The position numbers and the translations under genes were made by a program. Of a stretch of DNA of 64,000 bases, positions 53,067 through 64,000 are shown one piece after another. The notes under the pieces are model-generated. The model was not told where the DNA came from. It searched no databases and saw nothing but the letters and a program-made list of their open reading frames with translations. Source of the DNA: Octopus sinensis (Eukaryota); contig NC_042997.1 of assembly GCF_006345805.1 (NCBI RefSeq), positions 200,384,001 to 200,448,000 on the forward strand, read 5' to 3'. Numbering within the stretch: position 1 is the first letter of the stretch; each line of letters begins with the position of its first letter.

Positions 53067-54560
53067 TAGAGAAGAAATTTTAGGTGTGGAAGCAAGGTTT
53101 AGAATGGAAGGGCCTTAGAGTCAATGTTGCAAAAGCCAAAGTCCTAGTAAGTAGAAAGGCGAACAAATCACAAACTCCTTCAGGTAGATGGCCCTGCTTG
53201 ATCTGTAGAAAAGTTGTAGGTAGAAACTCCATAAGATGTACCCTGTGTAAGCTATGGGTGCATAAGAGGTGCAGCAACATCAAAGGAAGGTTAACCGGGA
53301 GGATAGTTTTTGTGTGGCAGATTCACAGGGCCAATGAACACCAAAGATGTTCAGAAAACAGGTTCCATCACATACCAGGGGGAGAAACTAGAAGTAGCTG
53401 GTAGCTTCTGCTACCTAAGTGACCAAGTCTGTTCTGAGAACATTGCCACTAGAATAAGAATAACCTGGGCAAAGTTTAGAAAGCTCCTACCTCTGCTGGT
53501 GATAAAGGGCTTCTCGCTCAGAGTGAAGGGTAGACTGTATGATGCATTTGTGCAAACTGCCATGGTACACGGCATTGAAACATGGGACATGAAGGCTGAG
53601 AACATGCGTAGGCTTGAAAGAAATGAAGCCAGTATGATCCGTTGGATGTGTAATGTCAGTGTGGACACATAACAGAGTGTAAGCAACCTGAGAGAAAAGT
53701 TGGACATAAGAAACATCAGATGTGGTGTGTAAGAGAGATGACTGCGCTGGTTTGGTCATGTGCTGCATATGGATGAGGAGAGTTGTGTGAAAAAGTGTCA
53801 CTCCCTAACAGTGGAAGGAACCTGTGGAAGACGGAGACCCAAGAAGACATGGGATGAGATGGTGAAGCACAACCTTCGAACATTGGGCCTTACAGAGGCA
53901 ATGACAAAAGACCGTGACCTCTGGAGATATGCTGTGATTGAGAAGACCCAGCAAGTAAAATGAGATCACTGCCGTAGCCTATACCAGTGTAGCATAACCA
54001 GCACATTTAAAAAGTACCCTTGAACTGTCGGGTGAAACGCCTTACTTGAGGAGACCTATTGAGTCAAGTAAAATCAAAATCACAATCAGAATCGAAATCA
54101 AAAATGGAAATTGTAGTTGTGACTGATGCCAGTGCCGCCTGACTGGCTCCCGTGCTGGTGGCATGCAATAAGCACCATTCATGCGTGGGTCGATGCCAGT
54201 GCTGGCTGACTAGCTCCCCGTGCTGGTGGCATGTAAAAAGCACCATCTGAACGTGGTCGATGTCAGCCCCCCACCTCGTCTGGATCTTGTGCTGGTGGCA
54301 CATAAAAAACACCATCCAAACCTGACCAATTCCAGTGCTGCCTGACTAGCTCCCGTGCATGTAAAAAGCATGTAAAAAGCACCCACTACACTCTCGGAGT
54401 GGATGGCGTTAGGAAGGGCATCCAGCTGTAGAAACCTTGCCAGATCAGATTGAAACCGGGTGCAGCCATCTGGATTGCCAGTCCCCAGTCAAATCATACA
54501 ACCCACGTCAGCATGGAAAACGGATGTTAAACGATGATGATGATGATGATGATGATGATA
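53067..54560 (+). mobile_element. 5'-truncated RTE-type LINE: frameshifted ORF2 C-terminus (to 53963), repetitive 3' UTR, (GAT)n tail
   Basis: GLRVNVAKAKVL, Cys/His finger WPCLICRK..CTLCKLWVHKRC, SFCYL, KGRLYDAFVQTAMVHGIETW, RWFGHVLHM, RRRPKKTW. Confidence 0.92.
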
Positions 54561-54561
54561 A

Positions 54562-54960
54562 TGTGAAAGCCTGTCCAATTTTTGTTCTAATGGATCTACC
54601 AGTATGCATGTATTGACACATTCCATATCCTTTATCATTGCACTTGGATACTGTCAATGTTTTATCCTGTTTGTTTGTTCATGTTGAATTTTACTATTTT
54701 GTTTATAGTTTCTTTAGATGATGTGGTTGCCTTTTCCTTGAGATAAATATTTGATTAGTTATTATGTTTTTTAAGTTTTCACTTTGTTTCATAACAGACA
54801 AATTTGTTTTGATGATGTTAAAAATGCTTTGGTGATGCGGATTGTATGTTACTAGAAATGGTAGTGTATTCCGTTGATGGGTTTGTCTTTCTCGTGTTTC
54901 CAAAAGTTGTTCTCTAGGAATCTCTTTTGCTCGTTGAATGCTACTTTCTTCAAATTCAGA
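54562..54960 (-). pseudogene. Penelope-like element (Neptune-type) ORF remnant, linker between RT and GIY-YIG
   Basis: IQRAKEIPREQLL..LPFLVTYNPHH..IFNIIK..RQPHHLKKL, then in frame past stops VSKCNDKGYGMCQYMHTGRSI (decayed Cys motif). Confidence 0.75.
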
Positions 54961-55102
54961 AAAGAAATGTATGTATGTATGTATGTATGTATGTATGTAT
55001 GTATGTATGTATGTATGTAGTATGTATGTATGTATGTATGTATGCATGTATGCATGTATGCATGTATGCATGTATGCATGTATGTATACATACATACATA
55101 TA

Positions 55103-55135
<33 letters not shown>

Positions 55136-55138
55136 TCA

Positions 55139-56405
55139 CAGGGGTTGGACAAAATAAAGGAAACGCTTTAAAATTTCAAACAAATTTATTTTAATATGGG
55201 GTAGGACCACCTTTCACAGTAATTACAGCTTGAATTCTATGAGGTATGACTCGTACAGAGTTTTAATTCTTTCCAAAGGAAGTTTTGTCCGTTCTTCAGC
55301 TAAAACAGTCTCCAGTTCTTGTAGTGATGATAGTAGAGGATATTGATACCTTACTTGTTTTTCTGAAATGCATCATAAATGTTCAATAATAACAAGATCT
55401 GGGGACTGTAGTGGCCAGATAAGACATTCAACTTCACTAGAATGTTCCTCGTGCCATTCAGTAACAACTTTAGCTGTGTGAATTGGTGCATTATCATCCT
55501 GAAAGATTGTATTTCCCTCCGGAAACCATAGGATGAATTTGATGAGATAAAATACTTAAATAATCTTGACTATTAATTATTCCATGAAGGGAAACCAATT
55601 GGGCCGGCGGATTTCCAAGATATAGCCCCCCCCCCCCAGATCATCACAGATCCTCCTCCATGGTTAACAGTTGGAAGAATGCAGTCTGGGCCAGATGCAT
55701 CTTTTTGCTATCTCCACACGTATACTCGGCTGGTGGTCGGAAATAAAGTTAAGGATGACTCGTCCAAGAAAATAACGTTCTTCCACTGCTTTAGGGACCA
55801 ATTCTGTAGGTTTTTACTCCACTCTAAATGCTTTACAACGTTTGTTTTTGAAATTAGTGGTTTTCTGATTGCAGCCCTCCCATGAAATCCGGCTTTGTGC
55901 AGCTCCTGGCAAACAGTTTTTGAGGAAACTGGGTTCTCAAGGTGGTCATTAATTTCTGCAGTAATTTTGGGAGCTGTACTTATGTGATCCTTTCTAACAA
56001 TTTGCATAAGAGTCCGACGGTCCCTATCTGAAAGTTTTGGTTTCCTTCCGGAGTTTTCTTTCGATGAGGAGGTTTTCCCCTCTTTCTCAAAGGCTGTCAT
56101 TACTTTCGAGACAGTACTTCTTGTCGCATCAAACATTTTGGATGTTTTTGTTACACTAGTACCGGCCATTCGAGCACCAACAATTTGACCTCATTGAAAG
56201 TCCAATAGATCTGTCATTTTAATGAATTTTAATTAGCTGTTTCCGATGATATCTAAAAAGAAATGGCAATTTTAGCAAAACGTACTAAGCAACACTAATA
56301 ATGGAAAAAAAATAAATAAATAAACAAGCTTTTGATGGTTTTAAAGATATTTCAAAATTATGATGCTATGATGCTAGGTGCTTCCATTATGTTGTCCAGC
56401 CACTG
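55139..56405 (-). mobile_element. Tc1-family DNA transposon, full length but decayed
   Basis: TIRs CAG(G/T)GG(T/C)TGGACAA(A/C)ATAA(A/T)GGAA at 55139 and 56405; encloses a transposase pseudogene. Confidence 0.92.
55191..56217 (-). pseudogene. Tc1 transposase pseudogene
   Basis: MTDLLDFQ*GQIVGARMAG...SGRKPKLSDRDRR...GRAAIRKPLIS...WKNVIFLDES...FQDDNAPIH...WPLQSPDL...GGPTPY*; contains stops and frameshifts. Confidence 0.92.
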
Positions 56406-59085
56406 TATATATATATATATATATATATATAAACATTAAAAAAAATTTTTGTAGATATAATAATGAAAAGTGTGAAAATCGGACCATGTAACTTTATTCA
56501 ACTGATATATTTTTCTATACACACACAAATTCGGGGGAGTATATCTATGTATGTATGTATGTATGTATGTATGTATGTATGTATGTATGTATGTATGTAT
56601 GTATGTATGCATGTATGTATGTTAGAGGGAAAAGGACAACAAAAACCAAGGCAGGATGAGTATCTCAAGTCATTTAGAATATTTAATTAGAGTAAGGTGA
56701 AATTGAGGCAAAATTCTTATATCCAAATGATATTTCATTCACCAGACTCTACCTGTTTTTCAAGTAAGAGAATATTTCATTCTAAACGTATCTGGATGCA
56801 CAGAACTACACAGAACTAACAGAAACTTTGTTGAAAGGAAATGCCAATAAATGTCACCAAATACTACCCAACCAAAAATTATGATGTTTCCATTTATAAC
56901 TGAGCCGTATTGCCATAGCTCAGTGTTCTTTTGTAGGCGTTTCCCCAAACACAGAGGCGCATGTACACCACAAACATACACACGCACATGTCTGATAATC
57001 TTTTATTTTCCGTCTACCAAATCCTTTCATAAAGCGTTGATTGGCAGAGATAGACCTGGGAATAGTTCAAATCAACTAAAGAATCGTAAAGCTGACTTGG
57101 GATATATTATCATCCTCATCATCATCATCGTTGTGCTTAACGTCCGCTTTCCATGCTGGCATCAGTTGGACGGTTTGACTGAGGACTGGCAAGCCAGAAA
57201 GGTGTACCAGACTCCAATCTGATCTGGCAAGGTTTCTACAGCCGGATGCCCTTCCTAACGCCAACCACTCCGAGAGTGTTGTGGATGCTTTTATGTACTA
57301 CCAGCATGGGAGCCAATCAGGTGGTGCTGGCATTGGCCATGCTTGAATTGTACTTTTTACGTTCACTCAGCTGTAGAAATGAGTTGCAACATCACTGGTG
57401 TCAAGCTGTATCGGCCTTTGCCTTTCCTTTGGATAACATCAGTGGTGTGGAGATGGGAGGCCGGTATGCATGGGCGACTGCTGGTTTTCCATAAACAACA
57501 CTGCCCGGACTTGTAACTGGGAGAGTAACTTTCTAAGTGCAATCCCACAGTCAGTCATGACCGAAGGTGGTCTCAATATATTTATATTCTCTGTGAGTGT
57601 ACGTCGTTGTGTCTGTTTTTGTCCTCCCCTCCACTGTTTGACAATCGATGTTGGTCTGTTTACATCCTCATAAGTTAGCGGTTCAGCAAAAGAGAACAAC
57701 AGAATAACCACCAGGTTGAAAATGAATTGAAGTGCTGGGAACTAAAACTCTTCAAGGCAGTACTCCAGCATGGTCGCAGTCTAATGACTGAAAGAAGTAA
57801 AATATACCACTAACTAAGATTGCAGCATTCTCCCTCAAAAGTGGTGCCATGTCTGGCATCTGGTTAAATCCCCAGCTATTGTTGGGTTTTATTTACAGCT
57901 GAATGGTTTGAAGCAAGAGAAAATGAAGTGTCTTGTCCAAGAATATAACATACTACTTTGACCGGGAATGAAACCACGATTTTATGAGCAGTAGTGCAAC
58001 ACCCTAACTACTGGACCACATATTTTCACATCTAGTTATATGAATGTTTTCTAATTTAAACACGGGGCTGGCAATTTTTAGGGAATAGGGTTTTTGTTAA
58101 TACGATCAACTCCAGTTCTTACAATGAGTCGTATCTTTATTTTATTGGCTCTGAAAGGAAGATAGACAAAGCTAAACTGGGTGGGATCTGAACTCACAAT
58201 ACAACGAAAATTTTAATTTTTAGTTGTACTGAGAATGTAATGTAATAATAGTTTAAAATTTCAAAACAAAGTATGAAAACTAATTAATTTGTGAAAATTT
58301 GAAAAATTTACATTTGAAAATTTAGAAACTTGTAAAATTTTATAAATTTTATTCATATAGACACCAATTTCGTCAGATTCCAAATTTTCCCAACACACAC
58401 ACACCACACAAATGTACACATGTGTATATACACATAGGTGCAAATATGTGTGTGTATCTGTGCGTACATATTTGTGTGAGCGTATATGTATGTATACAAG
58501 TGTGTGTGTGTGGATGCAAGAAATGTATTTCTAAAACATTTTCTCTAAATGTCAAGTGTTATATGTTTGTTTAAATTCTGTTTTACTCATCATATTTGTA
58601 GAAATATTTCTCCTGATTTGCTAATAATAAATTTTGAATTTTCTTCTTCAGAAAAGATGGAACTTTGTTTGAAGAAAGAGTAAATTAAAACGAAATAAGG
58701 AAGGAATATTAAACGAAAAGAAACAAGCTGGAATTCTAAGGTAGCAGCTATAGCTGTGTGGTTTACATATACACATTTCAACTACACACTTGTGTGTTTG
58801 GTTGATTCTTGCGCATGGTTTGGTAAGATTTCCCGTTTTTCCATTTTCCTTTGCTCCAGCTTACTGCGCCTGTCTGACAGTTGCAAGACCCATTTTGTTT
58901 TTATTTGTTATTGTTGGAATTGTACAATTATTTCCCTTCTGTTGTTTAGCCGAAAGGCGTTTGTCCATTGTATATGCATAATTATTTTCTGTTGCACTTG
59001 CATTATTATTTCATTATTATTTCATAACGTTATGTTCGTTAAAAAGTCGAAAGACCTTTCCTGTTATTTACCTATTTGTATTCGT

Positions 59086-59259
<174 letters not shown>

Positions 59260-59837
59260 GTTTAACATCCGCTTTCCATGGGTTGGACAATTTTGACCGA
59301 GGGCTGGCGAACCAGATGGCTGCACCAGGCTCCAATCTTGATCTGGCAGAGATTCTACAGCTGGATGGTCTTCCTATCGCCAACCACTCTGAGAGTGTAG
59401 TGGGTGCTGTTTACGTGCCACCGGCACTGGGGCCAGTCAGGCGGTACTGGCAACGACCTTGCTCGAATCTTTTTACACATGCCATCAGCACAGGTGCCAG
59501 TAAGGCGACGTTGGTAACGATCACGCTCGAATGGTGCCCTTTTTTCGTGCCACGGATATGGAAGCCAGTTGGCTGCTCTGGCAACGATCACGCTTGAATG
59601 ATGCTCTTAGCACCCTACTAGCATGGGCGCAAGTGCTAGTAAGGCGACGCTGGTAGTAGGGCGACGCTAAAAATTTCTTTTCCCTCCACTTTATTGTATA
59701 GCTGAAAGGTGTTCTGCCGTACATGTATAATTCTAGCTTTCTTGTTTTTCTTTCTATTCCTGTTTTCGTTCTTGTATACATTCATCTGCCTCTTTCCCAG
59801 AGGCTTAATGCTTTTAGGTTAAGTCCCTGCACCCGCC

Positions 59838-59905
59838 GAACTTGAGTAGTACCAGAGATAAAGGAGCGAAACTACCAGCAGTTTCTGGACTCTGACTGAT
59901 GAGCT
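59838..59905 (+). ncRNA. Reverse-order (pseudoknotted) hammerhead-like ribozyme, copy 4 (GUA site, fully canonical core)
   Basis: GTAGT(59846-50)/ACTAC(59871-75) stem III; A17 at 59851; CCAGAG/CTCTGA stem I; AGC(59865-67)-GAA; CTGATGA(59896-902)-GCT stem II with G10.1-C11.1. Confidence 0.75.
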
Positions 59906-60512
59906 AATCAGCTGCAAATGATCCATGTATCTTGTTTTTGTACTGTTTGCCATTTGTTGTGCTGTCGTCCATTTTCCCGCATGTCGTGTTTTGTTGGTTT
60001 CCGTTTGTGCTTACCTTACGGTAGGTGTGCATCTAAATTTTATACAGCTCTTACTCTATCTTTTATTCCCCCTCTCATTTTTCTTCCTTTTTCTCGCTCC
60101 CCCTCTCTCACATTTCTTAGCCTTTCTTTCTTTAACTCCCACTATTTCCCACTTGTTTATCTCCTCTGCATCTTTCTCTTTGTCTCTGATTTTTGTCTAA
60201 TCCTTCAATCACGCTACCCCCTACCCATCTCTCCTTCTTTCTTGGCCTGACTACCAACCGCCAACACCTCTCATGTCCATCTCCTAAGTTCCTGCCTTTA
60301 GGCTTTCACTTTATACACGCCAGCCCATTTTGATGTGTTCTCAGTAGAAAGATGCATGTTGTTATTTCTTGTTGTTTGTATTCGTAATTGTGTACCATGT
60401 TCTCCGTTTCTTTTTTGTTTGTTTGTTTTGTTTGTCTTTGTAGCCATACACATTCGCTAGCTTTCTTACAAAAGGGCTCTAATGGTCTTAACTTAGACTG
60501 TTTTGGGAGCAA

Positions 60513-60585
60513 CCAGATCGAACCATCTCAAGTGTATCTGCCGAAATGGTCGTGACTCCTGGGACTTGACTGAGGAAAGAAAGCC
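60513..60585 (+). ncRNA. Reverse-order (pseudoknotted) hammerhead-like ribozyme, copy 5 (AUC site)
   Basis: ACCAT(60522-26)/ATGGT(60546-50) stem III; C17 at 60527; TCAAGT/ACTTGA stem I; GAA 60543-45; CTGAGGA 60570-76; stem II weak. Confidence 0.65.
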
Positions 60586-60740
60586 TGTCCTTCTAATTGT
60601 TGATCTTCTTGTCCGCCTTTGTATCGTCTATCTGTCCGAATATTTTAATGCCCTCTATTGCGTATTTTTCCATGCTTTCTGATGGAATCCTTTTCTGTAG
60701 AGAAAGGGACTTCATTCTATATTGTTAGTATATATATATA

Positions 60741-60780
<40 letters not shown>

Positions 60781-60952
60781 TCATCATCATCATTAAACAT
60801 CTGTTGTCCATGCTGGCATGGGTTGGAATACACACATACATACATGGATGCATGCATCGCATACGTATATGCATATATACATATATACATGCATACATAC
60901 AAATATACAAAGGGGTTTGTTCAGTTTCTCTCTATCAAGTTCATTGTAAAGT

Positions 60953-61305
60953 TCAAATGACACCGAGTGAAATCTTTATTGCTATTCTTTAAATTCTGAG
61001 TTCAAATACAACTTGGGTCAACTTTGAAGATCATCATTTTGGGGTTGGTAATAATGATGAAAATCATTTTATATTTTTTAGCTCATTCATTTTCCTTTTT
61101 TTTCATCTCACCATCATTGTCATCATATCCTTCTCCTCCCTTCCTGTTCCTCTTCCTCCTCCCCCTCCTGTTCCTCCTCTCCATCATCATTGTTCTAATT
61201 GTCATCATCATCATCATCATCCTTGTCATCATCACTATCATCGTCATCATCACCTTCATCATCACCTTCATCATCGTCACCACCATCACAACCATCATCA
61301 TCATT

Positions 61306-61339
<34 letters not shown>

Positions 61340-61457
61340 CCATCATCACCACCACCACCACCACCATCATCACCATCATCATCACCATCACCACCATCAT
61401 CATCATCACCATCATCATCATTGCCATCAACATCATCGTCATCATCATTATCATCAC

Positions 61458-61496
<39 letters not shown>

Positions 61497-62512
61497 ATCA
61501 TCATCATCATCACCATCACCATCGTCATCATCAACACCATCATCATCCCGATTATCGTCATTGCTGTCATTATTGTTATCGCTGTAGTTGTAGTCGTTAT
61601 TGTCATCAACATCGTTATCTATTATCATTGTTTGCTGTTATTGCCATTATGACCATGACACTCCCCCCCTTCCTCACCATTTTTACATCTGTTTGTTGAT
61701 GTTGCTGAATGGAAATTTCAATGTCAAAAGATAAAAAAAATTGTTCAAGAGACAGAGAAAAGAAATAGTATTTTGAACCTGACTCTTGAAAAACCGTATA
61801 AAACAGATCGAAAACTATGAATATGAATTTGTGGTAGCTGTTATGTAACTTAAGAAGGAAGAGAATTTGTGCTGTCAGCTGAAATTTCAGTTTAAAATGC
61901 TGTTTTATTCGCTATTATCAACTAACAACTGAAATATCTTTAGAATCACAAGCTGAAATTGATCCCTGGGGGTCTCCAATTAACAATTTCATGATAATGG
62001 TGATGATGATGATGATAATGATAACAACGATGGTGATGATGATGACGACGACAGCAATGGTAATGATAATGATGACGACGACACCAATGGTAATGATAAA
62101 GATGATGACAAGGACAATGATGATGATGATGATGATAATGATGATGGTTGTGATGGTGGTGACGATGATGGTGACGATGACGATGATGATGAAGGTGATG
62201 ATGATGGTGATGATGACGATGACAGTGATGATGACAAGGATGATGATGATGATGATGATGACAATTAGAACAATGATGATGGAGAGGAGGAACAGGAGGG
62301 GGAGGAGGAAGAGGAACAGGAAGGGAGGAGAAGGATATGATGACAATGATGGTGAGATGAAAAAAAAAGGAAAATGAATGAGCTAAAAAATATAAAAGGA
62401 TTTTCATCATTATTATCAACCCCAAAATAATGATCTTCAAAGTCGACCCAAGTTGTATTTGACCTCAGAATTTAAAGAATAGCAATAAAGACCTCACTCG
62501 GTGTTATTTGAA
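60953..62512. repeat. Inverted duplication, arms of about 370 bp around a spacer of about 0.8 kb
   Basis: 60953-61320 is inverted at about 62120-62512; paired ORFs MKIIILGL... at 61024(+) and 62440(-). Confidence 0.9.
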
Positions 62513-62719
62513 ATCATCTGAATATAAATTTTCCTCATCTGAATATAAATTCCTTCACCTTTCCCAGTCACCTCTATCTTCATTAATATCCTGCCTCTCT
62601 CCCCAACTGGTTCCTTCGATATCCCATACCCACCCCTCTAACACATATGCAACATCGGTCATCCCCCATGTCCACCATTCACTACACCCACCTCCTTCAA
62701 CCCAACCTAATCCTTACAG

Positions 62720-63410
62720 TTGTTGTCTACCTGCCCTCGTCCATTCCGTCATTTCTCACTACCCCCATACACTCTTAGAAATCCTCAAACACCCACGTTC
62801 CTTGTTCCTCTGTCAAACCTCACTCCTACTTTCTTCGTACCTCGAGGGGCCACCCACACACCACATTAGCACTATTTTATCCCTTTTAAGCTCCATCCTA
62901 TCATCCTTGCCCTTTCTTCTAAATGTGAGTAGATACGTAGCTCCTCTACAACAAAAACAGTCTGCTCTGCCCTCGCCTTTTCTCACCCCTCTTATCCTAG
63001 CATAAAGTCATGCTACACCTTTCGGGGTTAATAATCTTACAAGCTGAATGGCAACCTTGCTAGTGTTGTCTACCTGCCCTCATCCATTCCTCCATCACAC
63101 ACTCCTCCCCCATACACTCTTAGAAATCCTCAAACACCCACGTTCCTTGTTCCTCTGTCAAACCTCACTCCTACTTACTTCGTACCTCGAGGGGCCACCC
63201 ACACACCTCATTAGCTCTATTTTATCCCTTTTAAGCTCCATCCTATAATCGTTGCTCTTTCTTCTAAAAGTAAGTAGATACGTAGCTCCTCCACAACAAA
63301 AACAGTCTGCTCTGCCCTTGCCTTTTCTCATACTTCACCCCTTCATATCCTAGCATAAGGTCATCCCTCACCTTTCAGGGTTCATAATCTTACAAGCTAA
63401 ATGGCAACCT
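62720..63410. repeat. Diverged direct tandem duplication, period about 345 bp, pyrimidine-rich
   Basis: TGTTGTCTACCTGCCCTC...CATACACTCTTAGAAATCCTCAAACACCCACG...AATGGCAACCT occurs twice. Confidence 0.9.
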
Positions 63411-63619
63411 CACTAGTGCTGATGGCACAGACAAAGCACCCAGTATATGCTGTAAAGAGGTTGGCATTATGGTGGGTACCCTAGCATGGAAACCACGTCA
63501 AAGCGAACAGCGGGGCATGAAGTAGTCCCTGGACCTATCAGATCCTGTCGGACCATCCAACTCATGCCAGCATGGATCAGTGATGATTGTAATGATGATG
63601 ATGGTGCTAGTGGGGGCGC

Positions 63620-64000
63620 GGTGGGGTGGTAGTGGTGGTATTGGTTGTTGTGGTGGTAGTGGTGGTAGTGGTGTTTGTGGTGGTTGTGGTGGTAGTGGTG
63701 GTTGTGGTGGTTGTGGTGGTAGTGGTGTTTGTGGTGGTTGTGGTGGTTGTGGTGGTAGTGGTGTTTGTGGTGGTTGTGGTGGTAGTGGTGGTGGTTGTGG
63801 TGGTTGTGGTGGTAGTGGTGTTTGTGGTGGTTGTGGTGGTAGTGGTGGTTGTGGTGGTGGTTGTGGTGGTTGTGGTAGTGGGGGTGGTATTGGTAGTGGT
63901 GATTGTGGTGGTAGTTGTGGTAGTTGTGGTGGTTGTGGTGGTTGTAGTGGTAGTGGTGGTAATGGTGGTTGTGGTGGTTGTGGTGGTTGTGGTGGTTGTG
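63620..64000. repeat. (GGT)n-based compound microsatellite
   Basis: Direct reading; continues to the window edge. Confidence 0.97.

Overview
AT-rich, microsatellite-saturated eukaryotic non-coding DNA. The SINE families point to a cephalopod, most likely Octopus (inference). I can support no intact host gene; almost all long ORFs in the track are microsatellite artefacts. The window is a mosaic of tRNA-derived SINEs, RTE-type LINE 3' ends (one long copy at 53.1-54.6 kb), a CR1-type fragment, a decayed Tc1, a deleted mariner, non-autonomous Helitrons and a Penelope-like (PLE) ORF remnant. The main signal is RNA structure. (1) Five dissimilar loci (1.35, 3.3, 50.6, 59.85, 60.5 kb) carry hammerhead catalytic cores with covarying stems I and III, but with the three strands in reversed order: NUH strand, then GAAA strand, then CUGANGA strand. 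This is not any of the three circular permutations (types I/II/III) and implies a pseudoknotted hammerhead topology. (2) A young 489-bp tandem-plus-inverted, retrozyme-like array carries four type I hammerheads (12.3-14.0 kb). (3) Many fold-back elements have arms carrying type I hammerheads with long stem II and palindromic stem III. All folds were derived by eye; repeat boundaries are approximate.
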